From: Anaeramoeba ignava BMAN
Taxonomy: Eukaryota > Protista > Anaeramoebae
Direction: 5' to 3'
Assembly: GCA_028826165.1 (NCBI GenBank)
Contig: JAPDFW010000147.1
Coordinates: 1-64,000 of the forward strand
DNA: 64,000 nt
The translations under genes and the position numbers were made by a program. Shown here in pieces: positions 54,332-64,000 of this stretch; positions within the stretch are counted from its first letter, which is position 1, and each line of letters opens with the position of its first letter. The notes beneath the pieces were generated by a model. The model searched no databases. It was not told where the DNA came from and saw only the letters and a program-made list of their open reading frames with translations.

Positions 54332-56407
54332 ATTAATCTCCAATTTCATTCAAATAATCAGCAATTTCAGAAGGTTTTAAGCATTTAAACTTTTTGTTTT
54401 CATCAACAATTCCAATTTCAATATTATTTTCATCCATTTCTCCTTCAAATCCTTCTTTTAAAGTCAAAATTGCTGTATTAATAGCATCTTCTAAAGAAAT
54501 GGAATCTGAATATCTTTTAAATTTACAATTAAATTTATAATTAAATTTTTAAATAAATTTATAATTAAATTTTTAAATAAATTTACAATTAAATTTTTTT
54601 TACCTTTTTTCTAAAAATGTTTTTGCGTTATCAGAATTTTTTCCTATTGATGAAGCTTTCCAAGCCCAAAATGAACCAGATGGATCAACTTGATATAATT
54701 GAGGTCCATTATGATCATATCCAGCAACTAATAAAGAGATTCCAAAAGGACGAACACCTCTAAAAAATGTTTTAATTTTATAAATTAATTTCAATTTTAT
54801 AAATTAATTTTAATTTTATAAATAAATTATAATTTTATAAATAAATTTAAATTTTATAAATTAATTATAATTTTATAAATTAATTATAAATTTTGTAAAT
54901 TAATTTTAATTTTATAAATTAATTATAATTTTATAAATAAATTTTAATTTTATAAATAAATTATAATTTTATAAATAAATTTTAATTTTATAAATAAATT
55001 TAAATTTTATAAATTAATTATAATTTTATAAATTAATTATAATTTTATAAATTAATTATAATTTTATAAATAAATTATAATTTTATAAATAAATTTTAAT
55101 TTTATAAATATAAATAAATTAATAATTTTATAGAAATTTTTAATTTTATAATTTTAATTTTATAAATTAATTTTAATTTTATAAATTAATTTTTAATTTT
55201 ATAAATAAATAAATAAATTTTTTTAAATTTAATTTTGTAAATAAATTTTAATTTTATAAATTAATTATAATTTTGTAAATTAATTTTTAAATAAATTTAA
55301 ATTTTATAAATTAATTATAATTTTTAAATAAATTATAAATAAATTTTAATTTTATAAATTAATTTTATAAATAAATTTTAATTTTATAAATTAATTATAA
55401 TTTTATAAATTAATTTTAATTTTATAAATTAATTTTAATTTTATAAATTAATTATAATTTTATAAATTAATTTTAATTTTATAAATTAATTTAAATTTAA
55501 TTTTATAAAATTATAAATTTTTAATTTTATAAATTAATTTATAAAATTATAAATAAATTTTAATTTTGTAAATTAATTATAAATTTATAAATTAATTTTA
55601 ATTTTATAAATTAATTATAATTTTATAAATAAATTATAATTTTATAAATAAATTATAATTTTATAAATTAATTATAATTTTATAATTTTATAAATTAATT
55701 TTAATTTATAAATTAATTTTAAATTTATAAATTAATTTTAATTGTTCTAAGCTGTCAAAAATCGGAAAAAAATTTTTTGTAAAAAAAATACAAACCCAGA
55801 TTGAGTATATTCCTGCATAATATTAGCAATTTCACGAGCACATTGAGAAACAGGGATAGGTTCATGATATCTAAGTTTATAAAGCTCAGCTTGACGACGA
55901 GCTTTTCTGAGAATAAGTCTAAAATCAGGACCAACGCCTGCATAAACCATTCCTATTGTTTCAGTTATTACTGATATCTTCTCAATCGAAGACTCGTCGA
56001 TTAAAGGTGTTGGTAGTTTTTTTTCTGTTACTATCACTACCCCATTTGATGCTGGTTTTTTGTTTGTTTTTTTCTTTTTTAATTCATTTTTCCTTTTCTT
56101 CCTTTTTTTTGGTTTATTTTTTTTGGTTTTGAATTACCTTTTATTCCTAATGCAGTCCCTCCTTTGTTTACAGCTCGAAGTGCATGTTCAATTTGCATGA
56201 GTTGACCTGTTGGAGAGAATGTTGTTAAACTGAAAGAATATTCTTCAGACCTAAATAAATATTTTAATAATAAATATTTTAATAATAAATTTTAAATAAT
56301 AAATATTTTAATAATAAATTTTAAATAATAAATTTTAAATAATAAATATTTAAATAATAAATATTTTAATAATAAATATTTTAATAATAAATATTTTAAT
56401 AATACAT
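54332..56407 (-). CDS. PSMA2: 20S proteasome subunit alpha-2
   Basis: [29 protein letters not shown]|[46 protein letters not shown]. Confidence 0.97.
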
Positions 56408-56624
56408 TTCTAACAAGAAAAATGAAAGAAAAAAAATGAAAAAAATGAAAAATGAAAAATGAAAAAAATGAAAAAAAAATTTTTACAAATAAAAGTTCTT
56501 TCTTTTAAATTTTTTTTTTATTTAAATTAAGAAAGAAGAAAATTTTTATTTTTTTTAATTTTTTTTTTCTCCATTTTTTTTTCATTTTTTTTCTTTTTGT
56601 TTTTTAAAATAAATAAATAAATAA

Positions 56625-59600
56625 ATGACAACTTTTCTTTCTTCAACTGAAAAAGATTTTAGTAAACAAATTCAAAAAGTACTTGAATTATTTCATAAAT
56701 CTAAAGAATGGGGTGATTTAATAAGAAATTTACATCAACTTAGCAAAGTAGAAAATATAATTTTTATATTTAAAAATTAAAGAGAAAATTTTAATCAAAA
56801 AAAAAATAATAAAATAAAAAAAATAAATGGAAAAATTTTTTCCAATTCATCTTTTCTTTAAAACAAAATAATTGAATTAAATAATACAAGGTTTTACAAT
56901 CTTATAATAAAATTAAAGCAATTCCTCATAAATTTCTTGTTGCAAAACAACTTTCTTTATGTTTAAATAATGATTTACCATGGGGTGTTCATCTAAAAAC
57001 TATTGAAATTTATGCTCAAATTTTTCAACATATTGGCGTATATATTCTATTTAAATTCCTTTTAGATAATTCATTTATAAAATTCATTTATAAATTTATA
57101 AAATTTATTTATAAAATTTATTTATAAAATTTATTTATAAAATTTATTTATAAAATTTATTTATAAAATTTATTTATAAAATTTATTTATAAAATTCATT
57201 TATAAAATTTATTTATAAAATTTATTTATAAAAAATTTATAAAATTTATTTATAAAATTTATTTATAAAATTCATTTATAAAATTCATTTATAAAATTTA
57301 TTTATAAAATTTATTTATAAAATAAATTTATAAAATTCATAAATAAAAAAAAAAAAGCACGAAATCTTGCTTAAAGATTTCCCTGTTTATTCAGTTGGCT
57401 TATTTCCAGCTTTCCAATACTCTTCAAATCAAGTTAGATTATCAATACTCAAATTATTAGAAAGATTTGTAATACCATTTGGAAAACAATTAGATTCAAT
57501 TTTAAAAGGATTAATAGTTGCAGTTCTTCCAGGATTAGAAGAAGAAGATGCAGAAATTTCTCAAAGAGTTTGAATCATTTCTTTCAAATAATAATTCTTT
57601 TATTAATTTTTTAAATTTATATTTATATTTTAGACACTCCTTTTTTTACAAGAAATCGAACAAAAAGCTGATTTCCAACTCTTTTATGTTCATTTATTTA
57701 AAACAATGATTTCTAATCCAAAACAAACTCAAAATATCATCAATTACTTGAACTTTAAATTTGATTTAAAATCAAATAATCCAAAAAAACAAAATTTTTC
57801 AATCATTCTTGAAAATGAATTTTTAAACAAAATTCTAGTTGAAAGTTTTGTTCCTTTTTTTAAAAATGAAGACATTTTAGTTTTGAGGAAAATTCTTGAT
57901 TTTATTACAAACCAAATTCCTCTTCGTTCAAAGTAAAAAAATAAAATCAAAATTAAAATCAAAATTAAAATTCAAAATTAAAATCCAATTTATATAGATA
58001 CTTGACTAGAGAACAAAAAGCACAACTACTTGAGTCATGCTTTAAAATTTTCCCAAGAAAGGATTCAACTTTAAAACACAGAATTTTTTTATGGCTAGAT
58101 TTGGAAAACCAAAAGGAAATTGAGGAGATCCAGCAATTAATTTTATCAAGTTTTTTGAGATTGTTTGAGGAAAATGAACAGCAAAATTTAAAGAAAATGG
58201 ATCTGGTGATAATCTCAGAATCGATGGAAAACGAAAAACTTCTTCAATTACTTTCCAAAAAAATTATTCATTTATCAATCAATCAATTTGCAAAAAAAGA
58301 GAATCAAATTGACGGAATCACAATTCCCAAATTTAATCAAGAAGACGTTCTAGAATTTTTAAATAGTCTTGTGGAGCAATCATTGAAGGAAATGAGCCAA
58401 GAGTATCCATCAAAATTTTTCCATGAAATTCTTTCCAAAATAACAACTTTAATTAGTGAAGATGGGAAATTGCTAAAATTGAATGATGAAACAAAGCTTC
58501 AGATTGCTCAAATTTTCTTGTATAATTTGAATAGAGTTCAATTCCAAAAATCTCAAGAAATTGAATCAAATTCTTTTGTTTTCACAAAGGAATCAATTTC
58601 GCATTCCTTTTTCATAAATTATTGCTTGTTTATAAAAATGTTCCATCAGTTCATCTTCCACGAAAATGGAAAAATCGCAAATTCTCCAAAAATTATTGAT
58701 TCGATGCTTCTTCTTTTGGAAAAAACGCTTATCGATTTGTCTTCTATTGCATTCGACCAACATAAAATCTATCTTTCGCAAAAATTCAAGGAATCAATGG
58801 CTATTGTTAATGATTTTGCAAAACAATTTTTCTGTCTTGATTTCATTTGGGAAAAGCCAAGTGGTGGTATTGAGGAATTTGTGCAAAAAATACTGCAAAA
58901 AATCCATCAATTCTCTCAAAAACCCGATATTTTCCAAACAGACATTTTGTTTTTATTTTTCATTCAAATTGTGAAAATTCTTCTCCATTTGAAAAATCAA
59001 GCAAAATCTTCGAAACTGATCAACAAATTCATCAAAGAATTTGGGCAAAATGGAGATTTGAAACAAGACGAAATGGAGAAACCCAATGAATTTATCAGAA
59101 ATAGGAATTTGTTGGGAAAGCATTTTCTATCCTTCTCAGAATTTATCATTGCATTATCGAAAAAGCTTTTTGAAAATTTGTTTGTCAACAAGGACACAAT
59201 TTTGAAGAACGAAATTGTTTTGCTACTCAATGAAATTGAAGAGCTTTTCCCAGCAGAATTTGCGAAAATCATTTCCGATGAACTGACAAACATCGCAGAG
59301 CCGATTCAAGGTCTTGTTCGATACACAGCATTCTGGGGGTTTTCAGAATCAGTATCGCAGGATTATTTCCCTTCAAACGAATGCTTTCATCTTTTTATGA
59401 GCCACATTCACGCTTCGCAAAATCCGTTCCAGGTTTCCTTCATTGAGAATTGGATCAGCAAAACAATTTCAAATTCCAAAATTAACAAAATTCTTGATCC
59501 AATTATCATGGAGCTATTTTCTTTATTGATGATTTATTATTCAGAGGGAATTTCAAATGAAAACCCGAATTTGGAGAACACAAACCATTTTTCCCTGTTC

Positions 59601-62600
59601 TCTACCAAGAACCGTTTGATTCATCAAGAGCTTTGTTTCTTTTCCAACTATTGAACAAAATACTTTCTGTTCCACAAAATAAAACTTCATCCTCTTTGTT
59701 CAATTCGCAAATCAGCTTGAGAATTAAGGATTTAATTTTGAAACAAGCTGAGATCCGCACAAATTTCAACACAAAATTTATCCAGCATTACCAAAATTTC
59801 CCCGATCAAGGATCATATTTCGAAATGCTTTTGATCATTTCTTCGCTTTTCAGTGTTGCTTGTTTAGAATCCGGCACTGAAACCGAAAACGAGAAACAAA
59901 GCAATTCGTTCAACAATGAAAATAATTTAATCAAAATCCAAACTTTGCAAGTTATGAATAATTTACTATTGATGTTCCAAAAAAACATGCAGGAATTCGT
60001 TCAATTTTCAGAACTTTTTTTGAAGCGATTGATGATCATTGTTCAAGAGCTATTCCATGAAATAGGAGCCAGTATCCAGAAAGCAGATTCCATGCACCAA
60101 ATGCATTTGCTGCAAACACTTTCATTATCAATCTCAATTTTAGCGAAGATCAATCAATTTGAAGAAGTTGCAAATTCCTTCTCAAAGTTTTTGCATTGTG
60201 ACGAGTTTGTTTCAACAATAATTGCTGGATTATCACAAAATCCAACAGAAGAATCCTCACACTCAAAATATTATTATTATTATTATTCGATCGGAATTCC
60301 TGATCAATTCGTCACTTACTTTTCCGACATTCGTTTGAAATGGATTGATTTTGTTATTGATTTATCAGAAAATATTGAACCCAAAGAATTCCTCATTCTT
60401 TCCGATATTATTAAGAATATTTGCATCCAAATTCAATCCAAAAACCAAATTGTTATGTCTGTTTTTGAGATGAAAAACTCACGTAATTTAATTGAGGATC
60501 AAACACTTCTTCATCGAGAAATGAATTATATCCAGTTTTTGATATCCGGAATTCACAAAATTATTACCACAAACAAATTTCAATGGACTGATTCGCTTGC
60601 CAATATTGCCAAGTCCAAAAACCAAGACTCAAAAACGGAAAACCAAGATCAAGAAAAGAAGAAGGAATCGAATTTCCTCATTTCAGCTCCTTTTTCAATG
60701 ATTTCTGGTTTGGTTTCGCAAATAATTTCAACAACGTCAAATGAATCTTTGTCGGCTGCAGAAAAAAGACAGATTATAATTTCATGGCAATTAGCATTCA
60801 TTATAAATTCAATAATAACATTTTGGGATTTTACAGATCATATCAAAGATTTAATGGAAAATAATCAAAATAATCAAAATAACAATAACAATAACAATGA
60901 AGATCCTTTTGATTTGCAGATGATTTACTCATTAATTAATGATCCAATTTTCCAGAAAATCACAAACCAAGTTGGAAACGAATTGGCAAATTTATTCCTT
61001 TATTTAAACAAAGATTTTTCTGAAGAGCTTTTATTTTCTGTTTTGATTGTTTGGAATTCTTGGATTGGATCTGAAAATTTGAGAACAAAATTATTTTTGC
61101 TAAATCACAAAGAATTATTTCACAAACAAAAAGCACTCATTTCGATTATCATCAAAACACAAGTTCTTCCACCAGCTTTTCTTTATCAGAAATTTGTTTC
61201 TGTCTTAAATGTTTTTCAGTATGAATTTAATGATGTTGTTATGGGACAATATCCCAAATTTGATGTGGGGAATGTACAAGATGATTCTAGGAAAGAAATT
61301 GGAAATACAAAGCAAATGCAAAAGGATGTTACAATTTATTTGAAATTTACTTCAAGTTATTATTTTCTTGAAATTTATTTCCAGTATTTAATTAAATTTC
61401 GAAAAGGAATTAATTTGAACCAAGAATTATTACAATTTTTAAAAGAAATTGTTAAGATGACACAAATTCCAACAACTTTATTTATTCTTTTTAGGTAAAA
61501 ACAAAACAAAACAAAACAAAACAAAATTTATATTTAAAATATTTATATTTGATTTAGAGCATTTAAAAAATTAATTCGTTCTCTTTCAAATTTACCTGAT
61601 GATAAAAAATTATGTGAGGATTTAAGAGATTTTACAAAGCAATTACTCACTATATGTTTTTATTATACAAGTGATTCATTTCAACTCAAAGAAACACAAA
61701 TAAAACCAATTTATTTTGTGCATAAAAATCACTTCCATAAAATCCAAAGAGAAAATCAAGAAAAGAAAAACGAAATGAATAATTTAGAAAAGGAAAACAA
61801 TGCAAAAATTGAAAATAAAAAAATGACAAAGGAAGAAAAACGGATTCAATTGATCCAAATACAACATTTAATCCATCAACATTTAAAATCATTAGTAAAA
61901 AAAACAATAATAATAAGAAGAAGAAAGAAATTTATATTATTCTAATCAATTGAATATTTTTTAGGGATTAAGATCTTTATCTCGTTCAGGTGAAATATTA
62001 CATTTAGTTTTTACACAAGAATCTCAAATTATTTCCATTTTAAATTCTTTAAATGTTCCAAAGAATCATTTTCCTTATATTATTCGGTATAAAATTAAAA
62101 AACAACAATAACAATAATAATAATTTAAACTGCAAAAAATTTTTCATTTTTGTTTTAAAAGAAATGAAGCTTATTTTTCACAAGAAATTTTAAAGATATT
62201 ATCCCATTTATCAAAATATCCAGAAATGTTGAATGTATGGAAAAAAAATATTTGGGAGATTTTTATGTCAGAAGGATTTTTCCCAATTAAATCACAAACA
62301 ATAACATATTGGAAGGAAATTGTAATATCTTTAATAAAAGGAGATGAATCTTTAATTGACGAATTATTGCAAAATCAAGTAAATACTGGAGTGCTTAGTT
62401 TTGTTGGGAATTTGGTTAGAAAAGACAGAGAAAATGAGGAAGTTTTATTGAAAATCAAAATTTTACAAAGACTTGCGTTTATTGTTTTATCTTCTTCTTT
62501 TAATCAATTGTCTTTTAAAATTGAACAAATTAAACAGTTTTTAATTGATTGTTTGAAATTGAAATCTTCCTCAAATTTAATCAAGTTGATTTTTTTAATT

Positions 62601-63266
62601 TTGCAAATTTTGATTTATAAGATGGATTATTTAAAAATATCAACTATGTGGCAAATAATTTTACCTGAAATGGTTTGAATATTTAAATTTATTATTTAAA
62701 TTTTTAATTCTAATTTTTAATTCTAATTTTTAAACAAAAGATGAAAATTTTTTCACAAAATATTGTCAATCAAGAAATTGTTTTTTCAGGATTAAAATTA
62801 TTAGATTTTGTTTTACTTTTAATTCCAGAACATTTTCAAATGTATTTCCAATTTTAAAAAAAATAATTTTATTTTAATTTAATTTTAATTTTAATTTTTT
62901 TAGTTTTGATTGGATTTTCTTTTTTGAAAAAGAATCACAAAAGCATCTTTTTAATCAAGAAATTGAATTTATTCCTTATTTTACAAAATTTGGATTAGGA
63001 TTAAAAAATGAAGAAAAACGAAATGAAAATGAAAATAAAAATAAAAATAAAAATAAAAAAGAAGAACAAAAATTCAATAATCAAAATCAATTTAAAAACC
63101 AATTGTTACAAATATTCAAGTTCAAAATCCTGATGAAACAAAAAAAATTATATCTACATTTACATTAGAAGTTTATGAAAGAAATTTATTAGAAAAACCA
63201 ATTGATTTTGAATTTATAGAAAAAATTTTATGGGAAGAAATAATTGGATTTAAAGTTGAAAAATAA
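56625..63266 (+). CDS. DOP1: Dopey/DOP1 family protein, multi-exon
   Basis: Dopey_N: KSKEWGDLI, IPHKFLVAKQLSLCLNNDLPWGVHLKTIEIY, GLFP, LPGLEEE; C-terminal WKKNIWEIF and LQRLAFIVLS; indels at ~59640 and ~63100. Confidence 0.9.
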
Positions 63267-63579
63267 AATTAAAAATAAAATTAAAAAGAAAAAGTGGATT
63301 TGGAATTGAAAAAAAAATTTTTTTTTTAATTAACCAATTTTGCTTTTTTTAGGAACGCTTTGAATTTCCCAATTAAAAAAAAAATAAAAAAGAATTTTCT
63401 TTTTTTTGGAATTAAAAATAACAAACACAAAAAAAAAAAAAAATAAAAAATAATTTTCCTTTCAAATGAAGAGATTAAAAAGAACAAACAAAAACAACTT
63501 GCAAATCAACCAAATCAATCAAATCAATCAAATAAAAAAATAAAATAATTAATTAATCCAAAAGAAATAAAATTAAGTG

Positions 63580-63846
63580 TCATTTTAAACAAATTTGTTT
63601 TGTTTGAAAATGAGAAGAATAAATATTTTCTTGAATATTCTTTTGATGAACAACAACATCAATATTTTCATTTTTTCTTTTTCTTGATGGAAAGGGTTGT
63701 TTTGGTGTTGTTTGTTTGTTTTCAAAAGCAAGAATTCCTCGAAAAATTTTTGTAAATTCTTCTCTTGAAATTACTAATTGAAAATCAATAAGAAATAAAA
63801 ATTCCAATTCAAGTTTATTCATTTCTTCTAAAGGAATTCCTCCAAC
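63580..63846 (-). CDS. Last exon of a Pho80/cyclin-U-like cyclin (5' part outside the window)
   Basis: AG|VGGIPLEEMNKLELEFLFLIDFQLVISREEF matches the Pho80-type cyclin box end. Confidence 0.75.
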   Translation of the reverse strand, partial: VGGIPLEEMNKLELEFLFLIDFQLVISREEFTKIFRGILAFENKQTTPKQPFPSRKRKNENIDVVVHQKNIQENIYSSHFQTKQICLK

Positions 63847-64000
63847 CTATTTTTAATTATTAAAATTATATATAAAATAATTATTAAAATTATTATTATT
63901 AAAATTATTAAAATTATTATTATTAAAATTATATATAAAATAATTATTAAAATTATTAAAATTATTATTATTAAAATAATTATTAAAATTATTAATAAAT

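Overview
Extremely AT-rich, gene-dense eukaryotic (protist) genomic DNA. It uses the standard code and GT-AG introns that are often inflated by simple repeats; the overall style suggests an anaerobic metamonad such as Anaeramoeba (inference only). Recognisable genes: a BTB/coiled-coil/ankyrin gene, a kelch protein, an XPD/Rad3-like protein, DDX52/ROK1, a HERP-like UBL membrane protein, a UBR-box E3 ligase, a rhodanese-DUSP, STRIP/Far11, an ATG1/ULK kinase, an MST-like and a PAK STE20 kinase, 3 full plus 1 truncated RCC1-BTB paralogs, a bacterial-type alpha/beta hydrolase, PSMA2, Dopey and the 3' end of a Pho80-like cyclin. Many single-base frameshifts lie in homopolymers and look like assembly errors. 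Top observations: (1) nine candidate 3-nt microexons (TAG|NNN|GTAA) plus a 9-nt exon in the BTB-ankyrin gene. Six are consecutive, and three supply exactly the residues missing from an ankyrin junction, across a ~4.9-kb intron that holds a decayed LINE. (2) An intronless RCC1-BTB family with hypervariable propeller loops and polybasic-CaaX tails. (3) An XPD with every ATPase motif degenerate but the Fe-S cysteines intact. (4) A start codon split by an intron in PSMA2.
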